A stretch of 64,000 nt of DNA, from NCBI GenBank assembly GCA_002269645.1, contig NIVC01001353.1, forward strand, positions 143,906 to 207,905, in the 5' to 3' direction. The stretch comes from Macrostomum lignano (lineage: Eukaryota). The notes under the pieces were generated by a model. That model was not told the DNA's origin. It made no database searches and worked only from the letters and a program-made list of their open reading frames with translations. This document shows, in pieces, positions 12,901 to 23,878 of this stretch. How positions within the stretch are numbered: position 1 is the first letter of the stretch; each line of letters opens with the position of its first letter. Made by a program: the position numbers and the translations under genes.

Positions 12901-15900
12901 TACGGCGGGCGATTCTCATACGAGATTCTCCTGATGATTCTACGGAGGGACGATTCTCATATGAGATTCTCCTGATGACTCTACGGCGGGCGATTCTCAT
13001 ATGAGATTCTCCCAATGATTTTACGGAGGGACGATTCTCATATGAGATTCTCCTGATGACTCTACGGCGGGCGATTCTCATACGAGATTCTCCTGATGAT
13101 TCTACGGAGGGACGATTCTCATATGAGATTCTCCTGATGACTCTACGGCGGGCGATTCTCATACGAGATTCTCCTGATGATTCTACGGAGGGACGATTCT
13201 CATATGAGATTCTCCTGATGACTCTACGGAGGGGGCGATTCTCATATGAGATTCTCCTAATGATTCTACGGGGGGAGGCGATTCTCATACGAGATTCTTC
13301 CAATGATTCTAAGGAGGGGCGATTCTCATATGAGATTCTCCCAGTCCCCAACAGGAGTTGGGATCGGCAGCGGAGACTTACTGGCCAGCAGCCAGATGGC
13401 GCCCAGGCCGAGCCGTGGCACCAGATTCGGCCGTGACGACTTCAGCGTTGACAGCGGCCGCGTGATGGCGAGGCATCTGCAGTGCAGAGTATCGGAGAGG
13501 ACGGGTCGAACAGGTCGAACTGGCGATATTGGGTAGAAATCAAAGTGAATTTTGCCAGTCAGCGAAATTTTTCTGTCTTAAATCATTTGCTTGACACGGG
13601 TGGCTGCCTTTAAATCAACGTTCCTACCATGTCTCAGGCACCCCGTAGCCTTGGCTTGGTGCCATCTGTATTTACTTTGGCGCCAGCTGTATTTAAATTG
13701 GCGCCATCTGTATTTACTTTGGCGCCAGCTGTATTTAAATTGGCGCCATCTGTATTTACTTTGGCGCCAGCTGTATTTACTTTGGCGCCAGCTGTATTTA
13801 CTTTGGCGCCAGCTGTATTTAAATTGGCGCCATCTGTATTTACTTTGGCGCCAGCTGTATTTACTTTGGCGCCAGCTGTATTTACTTTGGCGCCAGCTGT
13901 ATTTACTTTGGCGCCAGCTGTATTTACTTTGGCGCCAGCTGTATTTACTTTGGCGCCAGCTGTATTTACTTTGGCGCCAGCTGTATTTACTTTGGCGCCA
14001 GCTGTATTTACTTTGGCGCCAGCTGTATTTAAATTGGCGCCATCTGTATTTACTTTGGCGCCAGCTGTATTCAAATTGGCGCTAGCTGTATTTAAATCTG
14101 CGCCAGCTGTATTCAAATTGGCGCTAGCTGTATTTAAATCTGCGCCAGCTGTATTCAAATTGGCGCTAGCTGTATTTAAATCTGCGCCAGCTGTATTCAA
14201 ATTGGCGCCAGCTGTATTTAAATCTGCGCCAGCTGTATTCAAATTGGCGCTAGCTGTATTTAAATCTGCACCAGCTGTATTCAAATTGGCGCTAGCTGTA
14301 TTCAAATCTGCACCAGCTGTATTCAAATTGGCGCTAGCTGTATTTAAATCTGCGCCAGCTGTATTCAAATTGGCGCTAGCTGTATTTAAATCTGCGCCAG
14401 CTGTATTCAAATTGGCGCTAGCTGTATTTAAATCTGCGCCAGCTGTATTCAAATTGGCGCTAGCTGTATTTAAATCTGCGCCAGCTGTATTCAAATTGGC
14501 GCCAGCTGTATTTAAATCTGCGCCAGCTGTATTCAAATTGGCGCTAGCTGTATTTAAATCTGCACCAGCTGTATTCAAATTGGCGCTAGCTGTATTCAAA
14601 TCTGCACCAGCTGTATTCAAATTGGCGCTAGCTGTATTTAAATCTGCGCCAGCTGTATTCAAATTGGCGCTAGCTGTATTTAAATCTGCGCCAGCTGTAT
14701 TCAAATTGGCGCTAGCTGTATTTAAATCTGCGCCAGCTGTATTCAAATTGGCGCTAGCTGTATTTAAATCTGCACCAGCTGTATTCAAATTGGCGCTAGC
14801 TGTATTCAAATTCGCGCCAGCTGTATTCAAATTGGCGCCAGCTGCATTCAAATTTTCGATCCATTCAGAATCCAATTCTTTTAACCCGAATTCAAAAGCT
14901 CTTCACTCGGCAATTGCAGCTCAGCAATACAAAGAGCCACTCTACCTTGGCCCAATTAGCATTACAAAGCTCACTCAACGCTGTCTGAGTAGACTAATTT
15001 GAATCCGTCAGTCTCAGCTCCGCATAGCTGCAGTTATCTGCGAGACACTTCAATCCCATCCAGAATCCGTGACTCCGCATCCCATTGGCAGATCCTTCTG
15101 CGATGCAGTACAGCTGCTCCTCGAGATGTTGAGCATCAGTCTCTGCTTTTTTGTTGTTTTTTTCGTCTTGTTGCTGACAGCTCCGCTCGGCGGGGATTTT
15201 GTGACTGCAATTATTTTCGCTCTCCCCTCAGGGCTTCCCCCGCTGCCGGCTCTGCTGTCTTCATTCCAATTTCTCTAGTCTCGGATGAGGCGCGGATTAT
15301 GGAACAGATATTTTCCGGCATCGGGGGGGGCTGCTGTCAAGGTGAAATGCACTTCTAAATCTGGCAGAGTCTGTTTACTCTCTAGTCACCACGCGCCAAG
15401 CTTATCAATCAAGCCGGCGGAGTCAATCAGCATTTGTTGATCAATCAATCTGAGCTGCCGTGCCCTTCATCCGTGTTTACAACCGATGGGTTTGAAAAAA
15501 CATGTTTTTCAAAAGATCAGAGTTTTCCACGCGAGTGCAGCGTCTGTACGCGCTGAGCGGATGCCGGCCTGACACCTGAGTTGCTGGGTGGGCCTCTCCC
15601 TGCTACTCAAGGTTGTCGCTTGCAGAGAGGCGAGTTGCTGTGCACTCATTGGCCCGGCTTTGCTAAGAAGAAAACTAGGCAGCCCCCGACAACAATTGAT
15701 CTTGTTTGACAAATTTATTTTGAGACGATTTTGCATTAAAATGAAGCCAACAGTTTGTGAGCACAGCTGACTAATGCGGCCTAGAGACTGCTTCTTCAAC
15801 TTGCAGGGTTTCGCAGAGTCGCGGGGGTTATTCTGTGTAGTGCCTCCTGCAAGTGAGGGACTGCGGGACTGAGTGCAAGCATCGAGGCGGCTGTTCCCTA

Positions 15901-17603
15901 AGCATGCGCTCTCACACAGGGTGCACACTGCAGCAGCCCTGACTTTCTCTCATTGTCAGGCAGTGCGCACTCTGTGAATCAGACGCGGTTCCCCCCTCTG
16001 GACCTTCCGTGGGATGGCTAAATGACTTAGTATTGATTTTGAAGATAAACCTCTGTACGAGCTATCTATTTTTGAGCAGTGGAGTTACTTTCTTTGATAA
16101 TTCTATCCTCCTGATGAGCTGATCAGCTGTGGAGTGTCCGCGCACTCCAGATCTCGAGATCTCCCAGTGCAAAAAGCTCCCAGCGGGTTTCGAGTGTTTG
16201 CCTGCAGCCCATATAAATTATAACACGATAAGCTGACACTTGAAGCAGGCAGCATGGAAGTCCGCGGCCTCGGCCTCGCCGCTGTCTACAGCAAATAGTG
16301 CAGCCCCTGAGCATGGGACTTTTTCCACAGAAAGACGCCCTCGTCGCCGACTCTCGTGGAATGCAAGACTTTTCCTGTTTGCAGCACGCAGGCAATTCAT
16401 GGGAGCCGCGTCCCACGGAATGGAGGAAGGGGGAAGTCGAAGTGGATTGAAAAATATCCGCGTATTGAGCGAGGGACCGCGTCCTGAAAACCTGGTAAGG
16501 GGACTCAAACCGGGCAAGTGTTGGTTCTCGACATGCTTTCATTCTGGCCTTCGCATCCGCCTACAGTCGCTCTATGACAAAGGTCGGCAAACATCTTTAA
16601 TTTAAGGGCCAGATATAGAATCTAAGCGCATGACTGCGGGCCAGAGAGAGAGAGGAGATGAGAAATGAGAGGGGAGAGAGGAGGAGGGGAAACCTTGAGC
16701 GGGCCGAATTGCTATTGTGAAGTTCCGGACCAGAGGGCATGTGGCCCGCGAGCCGGAATTCGCCGATGCTCACACTACAGGTGCCGACTATGTTTTAGTC
16801 TGCCGATGTTTAGGCAAAACTGGCTGCCGTTGCCATGGAACCGGGATTGCCAAACATTTCAAAAGCAAAGGCTTTCTCAAAGCTACTCTACATGTACACT
16901 AGTCTTTGAGGGCATTTGCCCGTTTCGCCGCCTTTGTCATTTGTTGACACCTTTGAGTTAGACTGGTGTCAGGTTTCTCAAGTCTTGCCTTGAATTGAAG
17001 AAGCTGGCGATATTGCAGTGGCTTGAATTTGCCTCAGTCTGTGGCTGTCAAGATTATCAGTGTCATGATTGACAGCTCCCGCGTTGACTAGCTAAGTGTT
17101 GAATCTGATTCGGCATAACTGATTCAATCTTCAAACAGGTCCGATACTCAATACTCCCTGCTCAGACCTCGCTGACACAAAATCAACTTCAAATCGATAA
17201 CAAGCGCTATGGGGGTCGCCATTGCTGCTGGGAGCGCGGCTCACCTGTCAATCGCCATAGCCAGCAGGGTGTAGACGGACACCCCGACCGTGAGAATGCG
17301 GCAGAAGTACAGAGTCTTGCAGAACACGGTGGGCAGCTGCAGGCCGAAGTTGCTGGCGATGTCGCAGGGCACGAAGAGCAGCAGGTAGATGCAGTCGGCC
17401 ACCGCCAGGTTGCTGATGAACAGGTTGGGCGTGGTGCGCAGGTTTCTCTGGCTCACAATGATGGAGAGGAGAATCAGGTTGCCGGCCAGGCCGAAGCAGA
17501 AGATGAGGCTCTGCAGGCTGATGTGCACCACCTCCTGGACTCCGATGGCAGGTGTGTACTCAGTGATGTTGCCGCAGCTCAGGTTGCTGGTGTTGGAGCT
17601 CAT
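3987..17603 (-). CDS. Class A neuropeptide GPCR, bombesin/CCHamide/endothelin-receptor-like, 4 exons, about 391 aa
   Basis: Exons 17603-17245, 13476-13382, 6001-5583 and 4289-3987 join in frame with GT-AG sites (phases 2,1,0). Motifs: TM1 GN, TM2 NLAVAD, TM3 DRC (split by intron 1), TM5 YYAVP, TM6 FFIAWGPDH, TM7 YSASNPVTL, helix 8 SKRFRAHF. Confidence 0.88.
4425..5460. repeat. Minisatellite, 18/19-bp units (TGTCTTGAAGTGGACACC / TGTCTTGAAGTGGCCAACTC), GPCR intron 3
   Basis: Direct tandem repeats read from the sequence. Confidence 0.95.
6013..6215. repeat. 41-bp tandem repeat, about 5 copies, abutting the acceptor of GPCR exon 3
   Basis: GGCAGGTATTTGCACCTATGCTAAATCCTGGGATCCTGG(A/G)T starts at 6013, 6054 and onward. 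Confidence 0.95.
6531..6771. repeat. 23-bp minisatellite GCAAAGCTAGTGTTTTGTACACT
   Basis: About 10 tandem copies. Confidence 0.95.
7325..7772. repeat. 15-bp minisatellite CTG(A/G)CAGTCACATG(T/G)
   Basis: About 30 tandem copies. Confidence 0.95.
8347..8583 (+). repeat. 5' LTR (237 bp)
   Basis: TGCTGCGGGC...TTGTAACA, near-identical to 12458-12695. Confidence 0.95.
8585..8602 (+). promoter_or_regulatory. Primer binding site TGGCGTCGCAAGCAGGAT (probably tRNA-Ser primer)
   Basis: 18 nt, 1 nt after the 5' LTR. Reverse complement ATCCTGCTTGCGACG-CCA resembles a tRNA 3' end with a G discriminator base; the tRNA identity is inferred. Confidence 0.75.
8601..12434 (+). CDS. Gag-Pol polyprotein (1277 aa): gag, zinc knuckles, protease, RT, RNase H, integrase
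   Basis: CSRCGTSH..DAC and CRKCGKQNHFQKMC knuckles; LDTGA protease; RLCVDY and YVDD RT; ECDAS RNase H; H-H-C-C zinc finger plus DFAG/DNG/NGLAE integrase. Integrase follows RT-RH (Gypsy order); no env. Confidence 0.97.
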   Translation: MKSGVKQPSATDKSPALPLKHAKMVVMADAEAQSQPIKGSDGPARAVAGAMEIERLELGNNYSRWLDRFTIVAKFYRWDSTAKAQMLLMRLSTALYDTLADQASPKKPSELSYSEIETALTSILVPATFVLAERYSFQLCSRKSGESVRTYAERVLKAAEKCEFINKDERLRDQFICGLADQNVIGKLLVKDHLRLSFKEAVAEAEAHSALVSTDIMKSAPKSENSGIMSIGMLKSSSKPRIKGVNRQQSQTQSSSKCSRCGTSHGKDACPAYGKTCRKCGKQNHFQKMCRSKFVVPNQKNTAAVQHLDEHSQSDHVFMVGATSRQPLSTDAVAVTLDFISSSDKVSIPCQLDTGAAVSVMSDRVWKQIGTPELQPSSITLTGYTDAHQFKMLGHFISKVSYQGKVHRIPFKVVRSDRSFALLGRDILTIEIDFSKADGSEATRVFRARLELIPDAQPKYIKARSIPFAYKDRLKDEIDKLLAEGIIEPVTFSQWASPIVIVPKADGRLRLCVDYKQTLNPQLMKDSHPTPTPEEAFSTVAGCRMYTILDLKAAYNQVELEEDSKPLTVMSTPFGNYQYNRLVFGIRTAPSIFQRYISQVIQDVDGAIAYVDDILIGGESEKQLKDRESQVRERLEQHGLKVNEEKCQICQSRVRFLGFILDNGMILPDPEKVRALQEMETPKTMAELESLIGLVRFSGRFVPNLSHYLEPLTRLMRGRREFQWDSEQDEAFQRIKSMLTEDSALAKYDPKKPVALECDASQKGLGGVLIQDSRPVLYISKRLSEAEKKYSQIEREALAIVLSTQRCQRFLAGRHFKLITDHRPLTYIFGPNEGLPTRVSARLQRWAISLMAFDYTIEYQRSQLMKSDALSRLLNNETARTYTIGSIQLPSTIISIQEVRDQSQDCPEIVLLKKAIRTSNFNDPRIRPYKAVADELTIESDVVLREMRVILPKTLRLSAVQTAHSTHLGIDRTKSLLRAQFWWPGLDRDVKQLIGNCKTCKMVKASNRNYLKSWPTAMDAGERVHADFAGPIDGQYLLVLVDAMSNYPEVHLTANMESSTVISRLRRTFSQWGVPRTLVTDNGPSFVSAETTQWLKAIGCSHVTTPPYHPQSNGLAERFVRTMKESVSALGLSQHNIDKFLLFYRSSKGNDGRTPSEKFLGRNIRTPLMTEFSGDNNVVYRTQGATSLARIVLPTGRNTAIIKLENGLYKKAHRDQIQSFKGSDDKDVGPEQATTGAAGEVDHPPAMRPGEEEREQQQQQPRRSERLMNRPTVNYKE
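12458..12695 (+). repeat. 3' LTR (238 bp)
   Basis: Preceded by polypurine tract GAAGCAGGGAGG and followed by the TSD TATGT. Confidence 0.95.
12701..13341. repeat. 40/41-bp minisatellite GATTCTCATATGAGATTCTCCTGATGACTCTACGGCGGGC, also present at 8262-8341 on the other side of the retrotransposon
   Basis: Tandem copies with palindromic core TCTCATATGAGA; the array is split by the LTR element. Confidence 0.95.
13660..14845. repeat. 21-bp minisatellite (GGCGCCAGCTGTATTTACTTT) grading into a 42-bp dimer, GPCR intron 1
   Basis: About 56 copies. The unit length is a multiple of 3, which explains the long spurious ORFs on both strands. Confidence 0.95.
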
Positions 17604-20344
17604 GGGCGGTTCTGTGGAGAATTTTTATGGTCGTTGTATCAATAGGATTGCCGGCCCAATTTATTACCAATGCGGCTGCCTCTTCATAGAAGATCAAAGC
17701 CCCTTGTTTCCGCACCCCCAAAAAGCCTCTCTCGTCGACCTCGAGAGGGCATGCAGTGGGGCAATAAATGCTGGAGATGGGAATTATTACTGCATATACA
17801 TTCATAACTATACGTGTCTCAAGCCCCCCCCCCCTCCAGCGTGTCTTCGCGATAATTCTGTGTTGCCTGGGGCGGCGGCTGCATCGGCCTCTGCAACAAG
17901 TGGCTTCGCCAACGCTACTGTGTGATTAATGAGGCTGCCGGCATCCTTTGCGAGAGATCCTCCCGGGTTATTATTGATTCTTACCGAATAGTTCTGCCAG
18001 AATCCGCATCTTGACCACAGTATGGCCAGTCTGTATTGTCTGGCACACCATTTTTGCCACTTTAAATTTCCGGCGGGCCCCATTCATGAGTTCAGGCTCC
18101 GGTTTGACCTGAGCTGTCGAAAAGCACTAATAGCCATAGTCCATTCGGTTCGATAATTTATGACCATCCACCATTTTACGTGTACACGAGTATTCTCTCC
18201 TCAACTGGCGCGGGCCACTTAAAAAAAACCGCTAAAGGAGGCGGCGGCCGGCGCCGGTTACACAAAAGAAACGGAAGCGGACTTCGGGGCTGCCCGTCAG
18301 CAGACCAACTTAAAAATTCCTCCTACCACTCTGGGAAATCGCGGCGAGAAAGACGATGAAACTCGATCTGCAGCCTGGCGGCGCCGCGCTGGCGGAGAAA
18401 AACTTTTGGAGGAAATCCAAAGAGCGAGCTCGGCAAATTTGCCTCATTAACGAGTGAAGCTGAGGGGGGGGGATTCTGGTTCAAATCGATTTTTTATCCT
18501 GAGCAGCTGGGGCTGGCTGTGGGCTGGACGGGAGCAGGTTCTCGGCAACTATTTTCTTGCTGCTGCACCACCAGGTCATAAGCTTCTGAATCTATAATTA
18601 TGTCCAACTGCTTCAAATAGCTTCAAGCCTTGATTGCATACGTAGCGCGCCTGTCCTCGCCTGTTAGGCAGCGTCAGCAGCAGCGCCTTCCGCATCACGG
18701 CACTTGTAGAAGGAAATTAAAAGTTTGAATAGCAGAAAATTCTTTAGCAGCGAACTCACCTTTGAAGCTTTCGCGTTGTTAAGAAGAGCAAACAAACGAG
18801 AGCAACTGCTTCTTTCGCTTCCTTAGTTAACTTTTCTGCCGAACAGACAGGTGCAAAATTTTGCCGATGCCTTCCCAACCAGAACGATCTGCGTTTATCT
18901 ACAGGAGCTCTGCCGTTATCAGCTCTGGCCAATCAGCGCGCAGCTTGGGGAATCGCCCCCCTCAGTACTGGCAATCACTGTGGATCACTCTATCACTTCA
19001 TATCCAATGCAGATTTTCAATCGCCATATCTTTGCCTGTTCAGCCGGTACGGGTCAGTCCGTTTGCTTTCATTGGCAATGGTAAAGTTCTTTTTTGCCAG
19101 GGTGCTGCCTAGTCAGCCACCGCGCCACGCCACTCATCTTGACCGGGAAACTTGCGTTGGCGCTAGCAGGTAGTTAGCGGGCGGTAATTCAGCTCGATGC
19201 GCTGCCAAAGCTTTGCACTCTGCTGGCTATCGCCTATCCAGCTGTCTCTCGGCGGGAGGTCCACGCAGCTGCACGTGCTGGTGCGGGCAGGCAGTTCGCT
19301 AAGAATGAAGGGCGCTGCACCCTCCCGGCCGCTCGCATAACTACAGCTACGCAGGAGGCGCGATATATGAAAAGCTGTCAGGCCTGATTTCTCAATGGCA
19401 TCCATTTGCAAGATTTTCTTCGCGCTGTCTTGCAGCTGCACGTCTTCTTGTCGGTTAGCTAATTCGCTCAAAGGCGCGCCGGGATGGCTCTGTAGGCCAT
19501 TAACTGCGAGGCCGACGCCCACCGCAACTGAGTGGATCAGTCCGGACTGCGGGGAGTTCTTTTTGGACTTGTAATCTAGTTTCTGTTCGGCTTCCTTGAA
19601 TCTCTAGAGCAGAAGATCCAAGTTACTTGCGTCTTCATGTAGTGGCGTCAAGTGAACAGGAACAGCCTTCGAGGCTAACGCTTGATCTGTACGAGAGACA
19701 GCCTTCAGTGACAGGTGGAGCAAACCTCGATCCTTGGGGGGCCGTAGCCCAGCGGTAGCGCAGCTGCTCTGGTGTGCCGCGACCCAGGCTCGATTCCAAG
19801 TGCAGCCACATTAATTTGGGGCTGAATTGGAATTTCGGCTTGGCTCGCTTGTGCAATTAACGGCCTTGAGAGCCAACCCCCCAAGGCGCAGTGAAGTGTA
19901 CATGCCTAACAATTGATAAAGTTAGGGCTGCTGTACACTCCTGTGTGAGTGTGTGCCTGCGTAACGTATCCGCGCGCTTGTATGCCTGCTCAGGGGAGTC
20001 GGCAGAATGGGCAGTAATGCCTCTCGCCGGTTGTGTGCCTATGTCGCTTAAAGTGCGCCAGGGTGCACACAACCCCCCTGCCTCTAAAAAAAAAACCTCG
20101 ATCCTTCGGTGGTCGCTGCGGCTTCCATTACAGCAAATAAAATGTGCGCACGCACTCTTAAAACCGGGGATACCGAGGAGACTGAAAATTAGACAATAAA
20201 CTAGCAATCTTCGCCCCCGTTGGGGGACATCTGGATAGAATCTCTGTTCTCTACAAGTAACAAAAAGATAGCCAAAAAAGCCTTCACAAAGACGACAGAC
20301 AAACTGCTCAAATAAAGTGTAATGCAAAAAGAAATCATCCCAAG

Positions 20345-20445
20345 ACAGCAAGCATCCCCCAAATAGCAAGCATCCCCCAGATTGCAAGCATCCCCCAGAT
20401 AGCAAGCATCCCCCAGATAGCAAGCATCCCCAAATAGTAAGCATC
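20345..20445. repeat. 19-bp tandem repeat AGCAAGCATCCCCCAGAT(A/T)
   Basis: About 5 copies. Confidence 0.85.
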
Positions 20446-20559
20446 CACCATACAATAAGTACCCGGTAGCTAGTGCTACAATTTCCTTAGCTCTATAGTG
20501 GCTCCTTTAAAATTGGCATGACGCTTACTTTTACGTTTGAAATTGTGTAAATTTTATGT

Positions 20560-22635
20560 TTGACATGGTGGCTCCTAAATGTTTGACATGGTGGCTCTTT
20601 AATGTTTGACATGGTGGCTCTTTTATGTTGGACATGGTGGCTCTTTAATGTTAGACATGGTGGCTCTTTAATGTTCGACATAGTGGCTCTTTAATGTTCG
20701 ACATGGTGGCTGTTTAATGTTAGACATGATGGCTCTTTAATGTTTGACATTGCGGCTCTTTAATGTTTGACATGGTGGCTCTTTTATGTTGGACATGGTG
20801 GTTCTTTTATGTTCTACATGGTGGCTCTTTTATGCTTGACATGGTGGCTCTTTAATGTTTGACATGATGGCTCTTTTATGTTCGACATGGTGGCTCTTTT
20901 ATGCTTGACATGGTGGCTCTTTACTGTTTGACATGGAGTCACATATATGTTTGACATGGTGGCTCTTTTATGTTTGACAAGGTGGCTCTTTAATGTTTTA
21001 CGAGGTGGCTCTTTAATGTTCTTCATGGTAGCTCTTTTATGTTAGACATGATGGCTTTTTAATTTTCGACATGGTAGCACTTTAATGTTAGACATGGTGG
21101 CTCTTAAATGTTTGACGTGGTGGCTCTTTTATGTTCGACATGGTGGCTCTTTAATGTTCGACATGGTGGCTTTTTAATGTTAGACATGGTGGCTCTTTAA
21201 TGTTAGACATGGTGGCTCTTTAATATTCGACATGGTGGCTCTTTAATGTTAGACATGGTGGCTCTTTAATATTCGACATGGTGGCTCTATAATGTTAGAC
21301 ATAGTGGCTCTTTAATGTTCGACATGGTGGCTCTATAATGTTAGACATGGTGGCTCTTTAATATTCGACATGGTGGCTCTTTAATGTTTGACATTGAGGC
21401 TCTTTAATGTTTGACATGGTGGCTCTTTTATGTTGGACATGGTGGTTCTTTTATGTTCGACATGGTGGCTCTTTTATGTTTGACATGGTGGCTCTTTACT
21501 GTTTGACCTGGATTCACATATATGTTTGACATGGTGGCTCTTTTATGTTCGACATGGTGGCTCTTTTATGCTTGACATGGTGGCTCTTTACTGATTGACA
21601 TGGAGTCACATATATGTTTGACATGGTGGCTCTTTTATGTTTGACATGGTGGCTCTTTTATGTTTGACATGGTGGCTCTTTTATGTTTGACATGGTGGCT
21701 CTTTAATGTTAGACATAGTGGCTCTTTAATGTTCGACATGGTGGCTCTTTAATGTTAGACATGGTGGCTCTTTAATATTCGACATGGTGGCTCTTTAATG
21801 TTAGACATAGTGGCTCTTTAATGTTCGACATGGTGGCTCTATAATGTTAGACATGGTGGCTCTTTAATATTCGACATGGTGGCTCTTTAATGTTTGACAT
21901 TGAGGCTCTTTAATGTTTGACATGGTGGCTCTTTTATGTTGGACATGGTGGTTCTTTTATGTTCGACATGGTGGCTCTTTTATGTTTGACATGGTGGCTC
22001 TTTACTGTTTGACCTGGATTCACATATATGTTTGACATGGTGGCTCTTTTATGTTTGACATGGTGGCTTTTTTATGTTTTACATGGTGGCTCTTTAATGT
22101 TAGACATGGTGGCTCTTTAATATTCGACATGGTGGCTCTTTAATGTTAGACATAGTGGCTCTTTAATGTTCGACATGGTGGCTCTTTAATATTCGACATG
22201 GTAGCTCTTTAATGTTAGACATAGTGGCTCTTTAATGTTCGACATGGTGGCTCTATAATGTTAGACATGGTGGCTCTTTAATATTCGACATGGTGGCTCT
22301 TTAATGTTTGACATTGAGGCTCTTTAATGTTTGACATGGTGGCTCTTTTATGTTGGACATGGTGGTTCTTTTATGTTCGACATGGTGGCTCTTTTATGTT
22401 TGACATGGTGGCTCTTTACTGTTTGACCTGGATTCACATATATGTTTGACATGGTGGCTCTTTTATGTTTGACATGGTGGCTTTTTTATGTTTTACATGG
22501 TGGCTCTTTAATGTTAGACATGGTGGCTCTTTAATGTTCGACATGGTGGCTCTTTAATGTTCGACATGGTGGCTCTTTAATGTTTGACATGGTGGCTCTT
22601 TAATGTTTGACATGGTGGCTCTTTAATGTTTGACA
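20560..22635. repeat. 23-bp minisatellite GACATGGTGGCTCTTTAATGTT(T/A/C) with higher-order blocks
   Basis: About 90 copies. The same variant order (...ACATTGAGGC...GACCTGGATTCACATATATG...) recurs near 21390, 21900 and 22310. Confidence 0.95.
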
Positions 22636-22689
22636 TTGTGCTTTTTTGTGTTTAGCATTTGTGTTTTTAAGGTTTTTGAATAAAAAAAT

Positions 22690-23235
22690 CTTTTTGCACT
22701 ACTAAGATTCGAACCCAGGTCGCTGCATTAGCAGTCCAGTCTGTTCGCATCTATGCTATCTCTTGTCAATTGGAATACGTGAATTGTGGCCCTTATAATT
22801 AAATTCTTATAGCAAATCGGTTAGAGTAAAAAGTTATGACATAATCAATTTCTCAGTCAGCCAGTATCAGTGTCAATTTAAGTTAGCAATATTGTTACGC
22901 AATTTAAATCAAGTTTTGTGTGCATTTGTTCGGCACTGTTTTCAACTGGTTGTGATGTAATCTTTATCACAATTGGAATTCAGTCAGTCAGTTTTTTCTC
23001 TAGCATTCTTACAATGCATTTCAGGTCGAAAGAGCTGCTTGACCTTTGCAAAAAAGCATGTTTTTCGAATATTTAATCCCTTTAATATTGAGCAATTTCT
23101 TAGCCAAGATGCATGTACCGTCCCAGGAAAATTTCTGATCGAATGGTGCAAGTTTGAAGAAAATCGGTTGAGCCATTTTTTCTGAAATCTATCGCATACC
23201 TACCTACCTACCTACCCACAGACAACTCATTTTTA
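22690..23235. mobile_element. Dispersed repeat, copy A: tRNA-like (B-box) head on - plus a Lep1/DINE-like Helentron-associated 3' end on +
   Basis: The minus strand at 22701-22760 reads ...GGACTGCTAATGCAGCGACCTGGGTTCGAATC (B box). The + end AAGTTTGAAGAAAATCGGTTGAGCC...(TACC)n...ACAGAC...TTTTAGTATATAG resembles Lep1/HINE ends, from recall. A homologous inverted copy lies at 26070-26690. Confidence 0.6.
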
Positions 23236-23356
23236 GTATATAGGAAACTCCAGACATCGAACTGCATTTTATTTAAATAAAAGCCATCGCAGAGTTATTA
23301 AGCAAAAATTATAAAAAATATTTCTTCTGCTCGTTTATAATGGACTACGGAGACCG

Positions 23357-23878
23357 TCACTGACTTTGAGCAGCGTTGTCCGAACTCTGTTTAGCAGTGT
23401 CATCGGCACCAGCGCGATTGTCCTCTGCGGCACCCCCATCGTCCAGCTTGTTGGCGATGCTGGCCGACGTCTCGGCGTCGAAGACTACGTTGGCGCCGAC
23501 CACGCCAGCGTAGGCCAGCTCCGTGATGGACATGCTGCGCTCCTGTCGACAGGTGGACACCCGGACGGTCTTGGCAATGTTAGCCAGCCAGGCGCTCTGC
23601 AGGAAGCTGACCTGCATCACGCTGTTGTGAAGTCGACGACAACGCCGGAACAGTTTGGTCTTCCAGCCGTCGCAAATGAAAGAGTCCGAGGCCACGGACG
23701 TGTTGTCTCCGAGCATGGACAAGCCCAGGATGGTTTGCTCTTCTCTGCTGCGCTGTCTCTCCTTCATTGTGATGGACTTTTTCATATCATATTCTATAGC
23801 TGCAAACTGACTCTCAGGTCTCTCTCGGAGTGTCGATTTTTGGATTTTGGCTAAGTTTGTGGCGTAGATCTGTGCCAT
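23357..23878 (-). CDS. Hypothetical protein (173-aa ORF, possibly the last exon of a larger gene)
   Basis: Unique, GC-rich ORF whose codons often end in C/G like the real genes here. No recognisable domain. Confidence 0.45.
   Translation of the reverse strand: MAQIYATNLAKIQKSTLRERPESQFAAIEYDMKKSITMKERQRSREEQTILGLSMLGDNTSVASDSFICDGWKTKLFRRCRRLHNSVMQVSFLQSAWLANIAKTVRVSTCRQERSMSITELAYAGVVGANVVFDAETSASIANKLDDGGAAEDNRAGADDTAKQSSDNAAQSQ

Noticed and set aside
13629-15002. 457-aa (+) and 413-aa (-) ORFs with APAVFKL / NTAGANL repeats resembling antifreeze or surface proteins
   Set aside because: They are translations of a 21-bp intronic minisatellite that lacks stops in those frames. There are no unique flanking domains or splice support.
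16111-16130. Hammerhead-like CTGATGAG plus stem (also CTGATGA in the 40-bp satellite and near 24690 on the minus strand)
   Set aside because: The required GAAA after stem II and the remaining stems are absent.
14900-20300. Assorted 60-195 aa ORFs in GPCR intron 1 and the upstream region
   Set aside because: No recognisable motifs or consistent splice phases; only the GPCR first exon (17245-17603) is supported.
20560-22635. CRISPR-like regular repeats (this and other arrays)
   Set aside because: Head-to-tail units with no unique spacers, no cas genes, and a eukaryotic context.
22701-22765. Functional tRNA-Ser(GCT)
   Set aside because: Only a B box and an anticodon-like stretch are present, with no complete cloverleaf; treated as the tRNA-derived part of a repeat.
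23366-23854. 162-aa + strand ORF
   Set aside because: Antisense shadow of the minus-strand ORF, whose codon pattern fits the other genes better.
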